A stretch of DNA of 64,000 nt, taken from assembly GCA_049999805.1 (NCBI GenBank), contig JBNGIO010006373.1, forward strand, positions 217,172 to 281,171, in the 5' to 3' direction. Numbering within the stretch: position 1 is the stretch's first letter; each line of letters starts with the position of its first letter. A model generated the notes under the pieces. The model saw only the letters and a program-made list of their open reading frames with translations. It did no database searches and was not told where the DNA came from. This document shows positions 33,401-47,563 of this stretch, piece by piece. The stretch comes from Folioceros fuciformis. Lineage: Eukaryota. The translations under genes and the position numbers were made by a program.

Positions 33401-36400
33401 CTGTTGTAAATCAGCTCAAGACATGGCAGGTTTGTCTCAATTCAGTCAGAGTGCCACCAAAACGGAACATGAAGCCTGAAGGTTCGAGACTGACATTTTG
33501 TTTCCTCTGCATGGTAGGAAACAGCAGGAAAATTTATCCAGCGTTTGTCTGAGGACTATCCTCTGTACCGGGATTTTGTGCAACCCGTCCAGCTTGCTGT
33601 TTATGAGCTCAAGTTTGGCTTTTCGCTTTCTATGGCTGGTTGGTTGCAAACAAATATGTTTGAAGGATTGGGCAGCGATTCATCAGCGGCCTTCAGTGTG
33701 AGTTCCCTATTTCATCAAATTTCTGTTGGTGGTCGATGACCTGAAGGGTCAACTGAATCTAATGGATTTTGTGTGGAACTATTTCTCCAGAAGTTAGTAG
33801 TCCGATTGATGCAGTTTCCAGCCAGAGTACATCACTTGCCAATTTTGTCGCCTTCTTCATCAATATCTGACTGCCTAGGCCATCAACCTGGATACCTTTA
33901 TGTGCAAGAGTTGGTAGTGGACGATGTGCAAAAAATTGTGTCCAAATGTGGTGATATCTGGAAAGACAGCTCTTGTCTCAAGCAGGTCAGATAATCCTCT
34001 GACCGTCTATCGGCCTTAGCTCTGGAATTGAAAAGTAGGCTCTTTGCCACAGTTAGTAAGATGATGTTGGCCGGTGGATGATCCAGGATACGTGTTTCAA
34101 GTTGCGCATGGATGTTTTGAGGGTTGCTTTGTTGCGACTTAGCCAGGAGATCCATGTTTCTGGACTGCTGAGAAGGGGAGCACTGGAGGTAAGTTCTTGA
34201 AAATTTTCATTTGCAGTCTGGGTGGGTGTAGTTGTGTCCTGACCTATTCTGATGTTCATTGTGTTCTCACCGTCTGCTGACTGGAAATATGGGGACAGAT
34301 TGTTGGTATGATTTTTGAGTCATTTGTGGCACTCTGGGAAAGAAATCAAGAGATACGGGAACAGAATATAGCATCGACAGATTTTGTGCGCTTTACCAAG
34401 CGTGTACATAGTATGGAGTCTGAGGACAGAGAAGATGAAAAATCATTTCAAGCCACATTTCCAAACTATTCAGGGGACTTTGGAGAACATGAAGATATGG
34501 ACTTCATTGACGCAATTGTGGATGATGTAGGGTTCCAAATTACTGGCTTGTTGCTAACTGTCTTGATACCGTTCTGGTGGCAAAGCACGTCAAGCACCGC
34601 TAACACCTTCTGTGTGACTGGACAGAAGCGGGCACTGGGAGTGGAGAAAATTGAAGAAAATGACCTAATTTTATTGGAACAAGACCCTGTGCTGAAGGAT
34701 ATTGTGCAAGTTCACACTGACATTTTCGGATCCCTTGGTCGCTTACAGAAGGTGAGGATCTGTTAGCGTGTCAGTGAAAAGTCACATGGTCACTCTGCTC
34801 ACTCTTTTGTTTTGCAGAACGTTTCTACTCGAGCTATCAAAGATATGTTTATTATAGCATATGATTCAGGCAAACAACTTTTAGAAGGTACAGACTTTGT
34901 TCCCAGTGTTCTTTGTAGCTTCTTCTTGTAAGGATTGGTTGCACAGGCAACGGGGCTCTATGTCTTCGGCTGCATTTCCAGCTGATGGGGTTTTAGAGTT
35001 GACTGAAGCTGACAGTACAACTATTTTGTCTGTAGCTGTGGAATGGATGGTACCTGCGACTTTGGACGAGCACTTGCTCTCTGCAAACGTCTTGAGGGTA
35101 GGACTTGAACTGGAAAGGCTCCAAAGTCCTGTATATGGTGAAGGCGAGCTTTATTGGAATTTTTATAAGGCGAGTCATTCTGGATTTCATCAGTTACTGT
35201 TAAGCTACTGCAGAAGCTAGTGGAACATCTTGAAATTCAAATCAAGTCATTCTAAGCTCTAGAATCATTGTTCAGGACCCAAATCAGCGTGAAATTGCGC
35301 TCATGCTTGATCCCATGTCTACCCTGGTGAATCGGCTCGGTGTGCTCTTGGAGGACTGGCCAGAACATCCCATATTACAGCAGCTGCTTCGGCTCTCCAA
35401 GTCCTTGCTTTCGACATCTTTAGAGTCTCCGGTTATGAAGGTTGGACTGAAACATAGAGGGGGGTTGTTGTATTGATGTTTTTCTGCTTCCATTATTCCC
35501 TACTGTGCATGTCACTGTTGCTACCCCGGACCACATCGTCATTTTCTGGACTAGCTGTCCACTGCCTGTACTGTACTAATTGTAAGCACTTGCCTGACTC
35601 TTACTTTCCTCAGGCTTTAACTGGATTGGAGCTGTTACTCTCAAAAGCTCAGCAATGGGAAGAGACTGCTGCAAAGCATGTCTCCGTGGCTGGTGGATTT
35701 TCTGAAAGCCTGTCCCATGTTAACACGTTGCCTTTTTCCTCCAATGGATGTAATTTGATGTGTAGTTAATTAATGTTGATCTCAGGTGAGCTGGAAAGTC
35801 TTTCACGCTTAGTTACTCGATGGCGGAACCTAGAGTTAAGATGTTGGCCCGGGTTGCTTGACAGCAAGAAGGTGGAGCATGAAGCTCAAGACATGAAGGT
35901 GCATATACTTAGTGGAGTCGTGAAGACGATTTCATTTGTGCGTCCTGGCATGATACTGACAAATTTATGTTCCATCATTTGCAGTTCTGGCTTTCCCTAT
36001 ACAGCATTTTGAATCGTGATGTTGAAGGAGATTCTGCTTCCTACGCTAGAGAAGCCACCAAAAGGTGTGTTCTGTGAGGGGCTCTCAAAATTTCTTTGTG
36101 TGCCAGTTCACAAACCTGTCATTGTAAGTTTATTGATTTTAACCAGTTAGCTGTGGACCTTGTGGTGCAGCCTGGAAGACTTCATGCAAACTTCCACTAT
36201 TGGGCAGTTCGGCCAACGGCTGCAATTGGTTCGGGCCTTTTATGGTCAGCTCGCACTCCAGACTGGTCCCTCAGGTGGAGCTGAAGGAAGAACGAGGTGA
36301 TTTCTATGGTCAGCAGAGAATGGGGATGGTTTTTTGCTTGTCAAACATGATCCCCTAATGTTCTTAAATATTCCCTTGGATCCAGGGACATTGCTGAAAG

Positions 36401-39400
36401 GCTAGCAGACATTCTGTACAACATCTGGAGATACTACTCGCAATTTCAACAGACGTAAGATCCATCACGAGGCGTGGAATCTCGTTATTTCTGCAGAAGT
36501 CTACTTGCATATGTTGACATGTGATGCTTGTACGCAGGGTTGTTGTGAAACTTGGTGAAGGGAAAGAGCCAATTGTGAAGGAGCTTGGAGATTTAGTCCG
36601 GCTTTGCAAGTGGGATGACCGCAGCCACTACAGACTAGCAGCATCTGCAGAGAAGACTCACCGGAAGCTACATAAGCTTATTCGGAGATACGATGTGAAG
36701 CCTTAACCTGCTGACCTCTCTTGCAGTTCTTGGGTGCTGGCAGCGGTGCGAGGCTCTTTCTGTTGTAGCTAAATGATGTGCTCACTCGAAATCTATCGTG
36801 ATCAATCAGGATGTTTTAAAGCGGCCAGTTTTCCAGCTTCTTTGCGAAGAGTCCTTGCAGATGGGAACAAACAACTGGGCAGAAGCTGGACAACAGCAGA
36901 GACGTGCACCAACAAGTACATCTGGCCATGACGAGCCATCAGCCAAATATCTGGAGTATGCACTTGTGTCAAGATGTGATGCGGTTGAATGTGTAGCATA
37001 TTTTCATCCTTTCAGTGCCTGATTATTGCTGACCATTAGATGCAGAAGCAAGCACTGGAACCAAATAGCTTTGTCCCGGATGAACTATGTGACCATCTTA
37101 AGTGCCCACGTGGAACGAGGTACGGACAAAGAACTGGCTCAGCAACTCTCTATCTGAACACGCCGTTCTGTATTCTTACGGTTTTATTGGTGTTGTATAC
37201 TGGTTTTGAAGTATGAGTTATGGTTTGTGCTTGTGGATGTAGATATCCCACACCAAAAAGGACTCTCTAAATGGGCGCCCAAGATCTACGACATGCTGGG
37301 TTCCGCTGTTTTTTCAGAAGCTGGCTTTACCATTCGTAGAGAGGGGACTTGGGCACTGGAAGATCTGGGTAACACAATTATCTCTCGTGCCTCTGAGCTA
37401 CGCCTAGCAGAGAAGAAACGCCATGTGAAGAAGAAGGCACTGGTGGATTTGTTGAAGACTCTGGGACGGCTGGGTGTATCTCGTCATAAATCAGCTGTGC
37501 CCAAGGTACCTTAAATGTGTATGAGTCACAATTGTGTGGATTTGAAAACAAAACCTGCTTGTATTGTATTGCTCATGGCGACCTGTCTTTGACAGCACGT
37601 GAGGAACCCAGGAGACTGGTTTCAGCAGCCACCATCAGAAGTTGGAGATATTCTGTCAGAGTGGAAGGATAGGTACATGGAGCTGGAGCAACAAACAGGT
37701 GGCCAGGATTTCCTTGAATCAAGCACCTTTGAAGGGATGTACAAGTTGTGGCAAGGAGCAAGTGGTTATTTTTTTCAAAACATGGCACTTATCCAGCAGC
37801 TCCATCTCAATGCCCAAAATCCAAATAAGGATCTAAGCCTTCAGGAGGTGAGATGTATTTTCTAGAAGGTTGGCATGTAACGCATACAGTTAAGGTTAAT
37901 AGGGTGTTCTTTTGCTCTGACAGATAGAGACATCCACCAGATACGTCGAGCATATTCTTTATTTACAGAGGCAGCAGCGGGACAGAGCGTATGTCTACAG
38001 TTTGCAGTTATTTAAATTGCAAACATACACAAGCTTAGTAAATGACGTCTGTAAGTGGCAACATCCTCCTCGTGCTAGCCTAATGGAGACACTGGTTTTG
38101 AGGCGTCGACTGCACTTGTTGTTCTTCCAATTTAACTTCTGAGCTAGTCAGGTGAGAATTAGTTTTGGGATTTTGTTGGTGAGGAGTGATCGCATGCTGG
38201 TTGGAAATGAACAGGTGCAACTGCAACTGCTGGAACATCCCTTCCTCAACAAGGTCCCACGCGCAGCTGGATGTGGCAGCAAAAGGTGTGCATCCCGTTT
38301 AATTCTCATTCCATCTTAGCCGAGCTGTATGTGTCAAGGTTTCTAGTTTCAAGGGGAAGATGCACTCATCACCATCTTGTTCTTACAACACTTTTATTTG
38401 GCATGCAGAGTTTGCTTGACTTGTTGCTTGGTACTATAGTGGAGCTCAAACTGTTTTTCCAAACAGCTCAGTCAGCAACGACTTGCCCCTGTGAATTGTC
38501 AAGTGACTCGGGCTTCGGGGGAGTTGCTGAGGCTCTTACAAAAGCCTTGTTTGCATTGGAGTCCTGCAAGGTACGTTTCAGCAGAGGACTTCGCTTTTTT
38601 GCTGGAATTTGTCGAATTCAAATGCTAATATCTTTTGTCTGCAGAAGCGGCTTGATGGTTACATGATCCCTGGACGACTTATGATGACATCCAAAAATCT
38701 GGAAAGGTCATGGCCCGTCCTCATAACTGTGGAGATGAAAGAAGCAGTGTCTGCCAATTTCGTAATCCTCAGAGAGATTGCAGTTGCCATGACGCAAGTG
38801 CCACACCAATCCACTTACAGCCGCATAGTGGGTTGGACGTTCTTGAAGGACATTCTGAATGAGGTGGGTAATACTTCAAATCAGGGCCCTCAGGTGCAAG
38901 GGATGAATTGTTGTTTCTCATCCGTTTGGGAAACTGTGCAGTGTGTACGCCTATCAGAGGAGTTCGATTCCCCACGAGTGATTACGTGTGGTGTTTCCGC
39001 CGAGGAGCAGATAAGAATGTTTAATGAATTGGTTGTGGAGGTGAAACTGGCAGTTCAGTCCCTCAGGGAAACAAAGGCTGCAGCAGACCAACGGGACAAT
39101 TTTGGCCCCCAAGATTCTGATTCTGTTGGGGAAGTTGCTGGGATCCCCATTGCTCAAACCCTCCATCTGTATGAGTCAAATCTTGTGCAGCAGATCTCTA
39201 CTCTACGGCTGGATCGCATTTATCAATCCTTGGCCAACTTTGCATCAGTAGATGTGAGTTAACCATTCAGAGGGGAATGTAGTGTACTTGCTTTCCGTTA
39301 TTGGGTGCAAGTATGATTTTGGTGGATGTTTGAATGATGGTGGTTTCTCGGCAGGTCGCTGGTGATGACAAGGCACTGGCCACATTTGGGAGGTTACTAG

Positions 39401-42400
39401 GCTGTGTTGCTGTGCCTCTGAGTATGGTTCAAACTGCGGGGATGCAAATTCTCAATGATTATATTTTGCTGCACAGGACGGTACGTGCTTTTGCCATCAG
39501 CTCTCCCGCGGATGCCTTTGCGCTCCACCCAGATAGGGACTGAAGCTGGCGGTCTTTTTGAGAAAGATTAGGTCGTGGAGATCTCAGAATGTGACGCTCA
39601 ATTGTTTTTCTTCCAGGTTACAAAGTTGGGGTACATATTGGGCAATCTGTTCAACGCGTTGTACAAAGAAGGTTACTGCAGAAGCCCCGAGGAAGAAGAG
39701 TCTCCAGACGGATCCACGAAATTCGACGAGGCAACAGGAACTGGCATGGGCGACGGCGAGGGTAAGAAGGACGTCAGTGATCAAATTGAAGATGAAGAGC
39801 AGCTTCTGGGCAGTGAAAATAAGGTACTTCCCTTTAACCAGATTTCGATGGATAGCAGGAGAGCGATGGAAATGTGTAGTTTGGATTTGGTTTTGGGCTG
39901 ACTCATTGTCATCCAGGAGCACGATACATCCAAGAAGGAACAAACAGACGGAAAGGAGGAGAAGGGTGTGGAGATGAACCAGGATTTTGAAGGGGAGCTG
40001 GAAAATCTAAGTGAGGATGTATCTGAAGACGGCGACGATGCTAGTGAAGAGGGTGCTGATGAACAGCTTGAGTCAAAGATGGGACAGACTGATGATGAGG
40101 GTCAGGTCGTTGACGAAAAGCTTTGGAATGATGAAGAGGACGTGGATAACCAGGGTGAGGAGGAGAAGTATGAGAAGGATGCGCCTGTGTCTGGAGCAGG
40201 AAAAGACGACCTCGAAATGCGAGCCAAGGAAACTGAGGAGGAAGAGGTTCCGAACAAGGATGGGAGTCCGGGAGATGACCTGCGATCCAACAAGTCCGAG
40301 GATACAGGCGAGGAGAAACCTGCTGATACTGAAGGTGAGAGCAATGGGAACAATCAGGCAGAAGCATATGAGGATCCAACTGGCTTGGCCCCATCGATGG
40401 AGGAAGATTTTGCAGAAGATATGGAAATTGATGGTGAAGAACTGGGTGATGAGGGAGACGAAGCAGAACCTGATATGGCAAAGGAGGTGGAATTGGACAA
40501 CCCAAACTCAGAGGGAGAGCTAAATGGTCAGGAAAGCACGGGGCCTTCTGAGCAGGAAGGAGAAGCAGCGGAGCAGCAAGATACACAAGGTGTAGAAGCA
40601 GAGGCTGAAGTCTCTACTGAGGAGGTGGAGAACGCAAGGGACGGAGAAAGTACGAATCATGCTGAAGCGACTGTTGCTCACCCACTACCGGCGTTGCAGG
40701 AACAAAATGATGTCGAACCTCAGGCGGAACCCGATGCGTTGAATGCAGATACTAAAGCTTCTGGAGGTGATCAAGCTGCGGGCATGTATTCGGGCCTCCA
40801 AGGAAATCCGATGTCAGTAGGCCGTGATGAAAGCAAAGGAGAGCGAAACGACCAGGATGATGCAGCCTCTGAAAAAAACCCTGAAGCACAAGCTTCAGGG
40901 AAGCTGGACTCAGCAACACCTCAAGGTGATAAAGGGACCACCTCAGGGAAACCATCAAATTTGTCTGAAGAAAGAAGGGTGCATGAGAAATCGGATGCAC
41001 AACCGTTCCGTAGCCTTGGCGATGTCTTGAAAGAATGGAAAGACAGGGTACGGATAATGAGTGATGTTAGTGAGTCGGGAAATTTACAGGATACTGAAAT
41101 GGAAGAAGCCCATACTGACGAGCAAGAGCAGGGTGATCAATATCAGTATGTGGCAGAAGAGGTAGATAGCAGTTTACAAGCATTGGGATCAGCAACGGAA
41201 GATCAGGCAGAGCAGCAACACCTTAAGGAAGCAGTTCAGTTAGAGGAAGAGACAGATGATCGACCACAGCCAATGTTGGTTGATGATGAGGAAGAAGAAG
41301 CAGAGGAGGTCCGCGTCACAGATATGAAACAAAGACTGGACCTGCATCCAAGGAGGGGAGAAAGATCTGAATTGGGAAAGACAGGCCGTTGTCCAGAAGA
41401 AGAGCCAGCAGCGGATAAAGAAGCACTCAGTGCGGAGGAGGATCTGGAAGAAAGACAGAGGGTTGAAAGCAAGATCTATGTTGCACCCGGAGCTCTTGCT
41501 AATTCGGAGCCTTCGGATTTTCTTGACAGCCAGCAGTTGAATGACAGAGAGTTGAGTGAGGCAAGGAAAGAGGTCGAGTTGAAATTACAGGAGGGTGACA
41601 GTAGCATGGAGAATGCACGGGCGTTGTGGCAGAGGTATGACCAGCTAACAGCACGCCTGTCTCAAGAATTAGCTGAGCAGCTGCGGCTAATTCTAGAACC
41701 AACGTTGGCCGCCAAGCTTGAGGGTGACTACCGAACGGGGAAACGGATAAACATGAAGAAGGTACGCAGTTTTGCTTGAAATTCGTGCTGGGAAACCCCG
41801 AGCCCCGTCCTTTAACTTTTCTTTCCACTTGGCAGGTTATTCCTTATGTTGCTAGTGAGTTTAAGAAGGACAAAATTTGGCTGCGGCGTACCAAAGCAAG
41901 CAAGCGACAGTATCAGGTTGTCATTGCAATAGATGACTCCAGAAGCATGTCTGAGAGCCATTGCGGGCATATGGCTTTGGAGGCCTTGATTACGACCTGT
42001 CGAGCCATGTCGCAGCTGGAAATTGGTCAAATGGCTGTAGCCAGTTTCGGGGAGAAGGGGAATGTTCGCCTTCTCCATGATTTTGATCACCCATTTTCAA
42101 ATGAGGCGGGGACCAGCGTAAGAACCAGTTCCCTTGCTGCATGTATTGTGAGATGTTTGGGCCTGCCCAGAATCAATCACTCACACGGGGGAGAAGAGTT
42201 TTGCTAACAAGGATTGCATGTGGTCACAGATATTGTCTCAATTCTCGTTCCGGCAAGATAACACCATAGCCGACGAGCCTATGGTAGACCTGCTTCGATT
42301 CCTCAATCAAATGTTGCACAACGCTGCGTTCAATGCCGTGTTGCCCTCTGGAAGGGATGCTCTTCAGCAACTTGTTCTCATCATCGCCGATGGCCGTTTG

Positions 42401-42943
42401 CATGAAAAGGTTCGTACCTGCTGTCATGTTCACCTGCTTTCTAGCACCACGCCTTGTAGTCCACTCTCTGAATCCAGCCTGCGTAACGTCCTCCCTGTCG
42501 AACCTGCGCAGGAAAGTCTCCAAAGGTGTGTTCGGGAAGGAATGAGCCGAAACCGGCTGGTCGCCTTCATTGTGCTTGATAATCCCCGTGAATCTATACT
42601 GGAATGGCAGGTGAGCAACGCTGCGAAAGATGCCATCGTATAGAAAGTCATGCTGCTGATCTCCTGTGGGGACCTTTCTGACAACCTGAAATATTTGCTG
42701 CATACAGACTCCATCCTTCTCCAACGGCCGTGTATCCTTCTCCAAATACATGGACACCTTCCCCTTCCCTTACTACACGATCGTGAGGCACATCGAGGAC
42801 CTTCCGAGAACAATCGGAGGTCTCCTCCGACAGGTAACGCATCTTCTAACCTTTGCAGGGTCCGGCAGATGAAGAAAAATCTAAACTCTAGTGGTCACTT
42901 CTGCATGCAGTGGTTCGAGCTCATGCAACGAACATCGTCCTAG
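18421..42943 (+). CDS. MDN1: Midasin (MDN1/Rea1) AAA+ ATPase, many short introns
   Basis: Six Walker A motifs in order: GPVGAGKS, GETGTGKT, GPTSSGKT, GETGCGKT, GSPGVGKT, GPQASGKT, with LDELNLA-type Walker B motifs. Long linker, D/E-rich region (ORF 39968-41779), DYRTGKRINMKK-VIPYVAS...WLRRTK and MIDAS motif AIDDSRSM. Ends QWFELMQRTSS* at 42943. Confidence 0.97.
18501..18600. other. Assembly gap (100 N) within the 5' part of MDN1
   Basis: Run of 100 N. Confidence 0.99.
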
Positions 42944-43521
42944 CTCCAGCACCGGCAATTCACACTGTGCTTCTTCCAGAAGAATTCCAGGACGAGATCG
43001 GATGCTTCGAGACCAGACCCTTCAAATCCCGCTTGTATCGGCAATAGACTGTATTATGAAATCGAGTTCTCCGTAATTACACTTGGGAAAAGTTTTGCGC
43101 ACCATCGATTGCTTGGATGCCATACTCACAGCAGGGACGGTGAGCCACATGATGAGGATTTCCTGACTCTCCGCCGCAATTGAAAGGCTTTGGATGAACT
43201 CCTCACTCGTCAGGCATCGTCCTTGACCCAGTCGCACTGGTCTGCAACTGATGGCATCACCGCACAGCCCTGAACTCAGGGAAGCTGATTCCCGAGCTGC
43301 ACGTGCGTATTGATGGGCTGGAGCACCAATAATTGAACTTGCGCTCCAATTGGTGACCAATTCAATAATGCAGTCTACTCCAACCAACACCGACGTGGGG
43401 AAACAGAGCCCAATCGCATTCCTTCTTTCTCCGCTCTCTTCTCTTCGATGCTAACTAGATCATCGCTGGCCTGTATTGTACTTGGCCTGGTTCGAAGCGC
43501 ATTGCGTGGTTGCTTGGGGCG

Positions 43522-45265
43522 ATGGCGGGAGGCGGCCGTGGTCTGGATCTGAATGGCAGGGTCAGGGCTCTGGGTCAAAAGTTCCGTGACCCAGGCAGCC
43601 TGCTCACAGTGCACGTTGTGCTGCTGGTAGCGCAGATTCTCTCTGGAATTTACTATGTCATCACCGCCATTGCCCTTACTGGGGGCATGAACAAGATTGT
43701 CCTCAGCTTGTACCGGGACGTTGTGGCCCTCGTCTTCCTCCTTCCCGCGGCCTACTTCGTGGACAAGTGAGCAGTTTGGTCGTGTCGGACTTCGTTCAGT
43801 GTGGAGTTCCTGGAGCCTTGGTTCGCTGACTGGTGTATGTGTGTTTGTTGCAACAGGGGAACCAGGCCTGAACTGAGCTTCGAGATCGTCGGGCATTTCT
43901 TCTTGCTCGGACTGACTGGGTGTGTTGGCCTATTCCGCTGTGGCGGTGTGGATGGTGCCGGTTTTCTTTCTCTCAGCTGGCTGAGAAAAGAATGTTTGGT
44001 GGCTGCAGGATATATGGAAGCCAGATTCTGCTGTTCATCGGCATTCAGTACACGTCCGCCGGGTTTTCAGCTGCTATGCAGCCTTCGGTGCCGGTGTTCA
44101 CGGCTATCATCGCCATCGTGTTCGGGTGAGCAGGATGAGGAGCTTGTTTGCGTTGCCCGCGGCATTGCTGCTTGGAACGGTTCGGCCATTCTGATGCGCC
44201 CGCCTGTTGCAGGGTGGAGATTGTGCATTGGTACAGACGCGATGGGCAGGCAAAGGTGGCGGGAATTGTCATCTGCTGTGCCGGGTCTATCATTATGACT
44301 TTCTACCAGGGCCCCATTGTGGCAGGCACCGGCCTGTCGAGCGTTCTGAAGTGGACCGGCCTTGCAGCTGGATCAGCTGTACAGGATGTTCCAGCTGCCG
44401 TGTTGGGGCCTGTGAAGTTGCTGGGACTGGAGTTCGGAGCTCTCCAGTTCGGAGCTCTTTGTCTCATCGGAAACTGTCTGTGTATGGCGACATTCATCAA
44501 CCTTCAGGTGATAATGGCTGCATTGCTTTTGTAGCACACGTAGTAGCGCCGGGCGGGATGTATTGATTCCCGTGCTGACGGTGTTGCAGGCACCCCTGTT
44601 GCGGAAGTTCCCTGCCCCCACGTCCGTTACTGCTTTCTCTTACCTTTGTGGAGCAGTTCTTATGGCCATCACCGGTATCTTTGCTGTAAATGACTCGGGG
44701 GCCTGGAATCTAGATACTGGCATCAAAATCGGAGCTGTCATCTACAATGTGAGTTTCTCACAATAAGCACTCCAAACGCTAATGTCCAAGTCCGTGCCTC
44801 TCTAATGCCATGTACTACAGGGTGCCATTGCTTCAGCATTCAACTTCGGGGTCATGACATGGAGTTTGACAAGGGTTGGGCCGCTGTTTGTGGCTAGCTA
44901 TATACCCGTCCAGCCAATCTGCTCAGCCCTCATGGGTCTCATATTTCTAGGAAGTGCCCTGTACCTCGGCAGGTCTGTTCCCAACCTCCCCATCTCTCTC
45001 GGTCGTTCGTCACGTACATCCTTGAGGTGCTGATTCCTTCTCATTGCCTTTATGCAGCATCTTTGGGACAATTTGTATCATTATTGGGCTGCTGTTGGTC
45101 TCATGGGCTCGTGAGGAGTCTGTTCGACTACGTGCCCTATCTGCGGAGATCGAGGGAGGGAATCATGCACACCACGATCATCGTTCCCACCTTGACCATC
45201 ATCCCGCCGGAATTAAGGAGCCCCTCCTCCAGGTCTTTGTAAAACCTTGCTCACTCCCTTCTTAA
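43522..45265 (+). CDS. WAT1-related / UMAMIT (EamA, nodulin MtN21) transporter, multi-exon
   Basis: [140 protein letters not shown]. Confidence 0.9.
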
Positions 45266-45687
45266 GCTCTCTGCTGATCATTCCTCCTACTAAAGCATGC
45301 CGTTTTGCCAACATACTAATATGATATCTCTGTTTTGTGAATCAGGCTCCTAACTAGAGACGGATTTGTCTCCTCTCTGGTTATCGTGGTAGCCAAGGAA
45401 TTTTTGTACCAATTACCTTGTTCGTCGGTAGTTTCATTCGCATAGCAGCGTAGGCGTGGGATGAGTCTCAATATGGCATTGTCGTTTAAGTGATTCTTTT
45501 CCGATTTCCCTAGATCTGTACTATGGTCTTTTGGAACGGAACACCAGTGGTTTAGTAGATGTGTAGTTTTGCGTTGAATCGGAGTTCGTGCCGCGTTTAT
45601 TGACGGATTCTGAACGATCTTGAAATTTTGCATCAATGGCATGATATCTGTCTAACCATGATATAGAAGAAAGCGGGAAATTCGCTT

Positions 45688-47563
45688 CTAAATCAAGTTT
45701 CTAATCAGCATACCCTCCATAGTAATACCCGGTCCAAATGCCATGAGCAGACCCCACTCTGGATCGTGCTTGCTGAACTCGTCCACAGGCAGCGGGAGAC
45801 CCGCGGCGAGCACCTTCGCCCTTTTCAAATGTGCCTCCCGCATGTATTCGAGCACGTAGAGGATGGTGTTGGAATTGACATTCCCGAAATCTCTCAGCAC
45901 ATCTCTGCTGGCTTTGAGCTTCCCCGCCTCCAGCTCCAGCCTCCTTTCCACCGCATTCAGAATTGCAGGACCCCCGGGATGCACAGCCCAAAAGACGTCA
46001 TTGAACTTGGGGCGGTCCAATGGCGCCGTCCCCGATCCGTTCACACGGTGGCTCACCCCGCTGCTCTTGATCTCTGCTGTGCCTGCGCGCGGGAAGACAC
46101 TTGTGAGGAAACGCAGCTCTGTAATCAGCTTCTGGAATTGGGCGTCATGGCCATATACCTTCGGGCTGTTCCCCCTGCAGCTCTGCGATCTTGGCGAAGA
46201 AGCGCTCGCTGAAGGCCTCGATGTTGTTCTCGATGACCTGCGGAAGGTCGCGGCCTAGACGGAACAGCAATCCTGTGTCCGTCAGAGTTCCGTCGACGGT
46301 CTTGGAGGTCCCCGGCACGAATCTCTGGCTCGCGAACCTCAGCTCGAAACTGGGGACCTCTCCAGCGACCGGGTCGGCGCCAACGATCGCCGCGCCCGCG
46401 CCGTCGCCAAACAGGGCGGCGCCAACCAGGTCGTACGGCCGATCGGGGTTCGGCGGTCGCCATCCGATGAGCGTTGTCTCGCTCGACACGATCAGCACAC
46501 GTGCCTGCTTAGTGTTCTCCGCCAGATCCTTGGCCACCCGCAGCGCTGTGGCGCCTCCGTAGCATCCCAGCATGTACAGCATGACGCGGTTAACGTCCGG
46601 GCTCAGCCCTAGGGCTTGCGCGACCAGCAGATCTCCCCCTGGCAGCCGCACCTGAGAGCAGAAGAATCATGGAGATAGGAACGTCATCAGAATCGGAATT
46701 TCCTCAAGACAGGAACGAGATTGTGGTGTTGAATTGTGGACATAAGGGAAGAGAGCATGGCCGGCATCGGTGCAGCAACAGATGCGTCGAGCATTGCGGA
46801 GGGTTGAATTCAGCGTGCATGGTATCGATCAGTAGGCTCATCCAGGCCTGGATGGATCGGGATCGGATCAAGAAGCAGCCGGAACTGCGAACTTGAAGCG
46901 AGAGCTTCATTTTTACCTCGCTGGAGGATACGTATATGAGGTGCGTAATGCTGGAGCGATCGCGTCCCCACTCGGCTAAGCAACTATTGGCTGCTTCCAT
47001 CCCAAGCTTCTCCAGCTCTTCCCCGCACACTTGCAGCTTCTGCCCTATACTGGGGATTTTTTCGTCCATGAACTCCGGGTGCGCTTCCAAGATCCCCTTG
47101 TTCATCACCATGTACCTCGTCTTCACAGTGGTGTTCCTGCCTGCTCGCATGCGCAGCGATCAAGGTTAGCAGTGTTCAAAACTCTAAATGCTGCGCCACG
47201 TGCATGCCACTGTTGAACGTTCCCGAGTTTCTTCTAGGCATCAAAGTTCAAGATTCAACGTCCCGAAAATGTTATTCAGGGCTTACAGATGCGCTCCAGC
47301 TTGGCTTGCAGCGGGGGATTATCAATGCCGGTTCTCTTGAAGAATCCAGCGGCCACATGGTCCTGATGGATGACAGTGCTCGGCAGGGCGCGGCCAAGGG
47401 CCAGCACCGTGGCCACTCCAGCCGCCGGCTCCCTCCTGGAACTACGCACACTGTCATGTAGCGCTGGCACTGGAGCCTCCGCATGGGGGTTATCGATGGA
47501 CGTATTGATCGTGGGGTTCGGAACGGAGGATACCGATGCTGAGTCCTTCTGGAAGGGCGCCAT
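45688..47563 (-). CDS. ASCL: Type III polyketide synthase, anther/sporophyte-specific chalcone-synthase-like clade (ASCL; LAP5/LAP6-like), 4 exons
   Basis: Exons about 47563-47287, 47140-46917, 46651-46159 and 46082-45688. Catalytic triad in GCYGG, HPGG and GNVNSNT; ASCL signature GWRPPNPDRPYDLVGAALFGDGA; conserved first intron splits a Cys codon; C-terminal AFGPGITMEG. Confidence 0.9.

Noticed and set aside
40011-41000. Overlapping ORFs in the midasin acidic region
   Set aside because: Frame shadows of the low-complexity D/E-rich exon.
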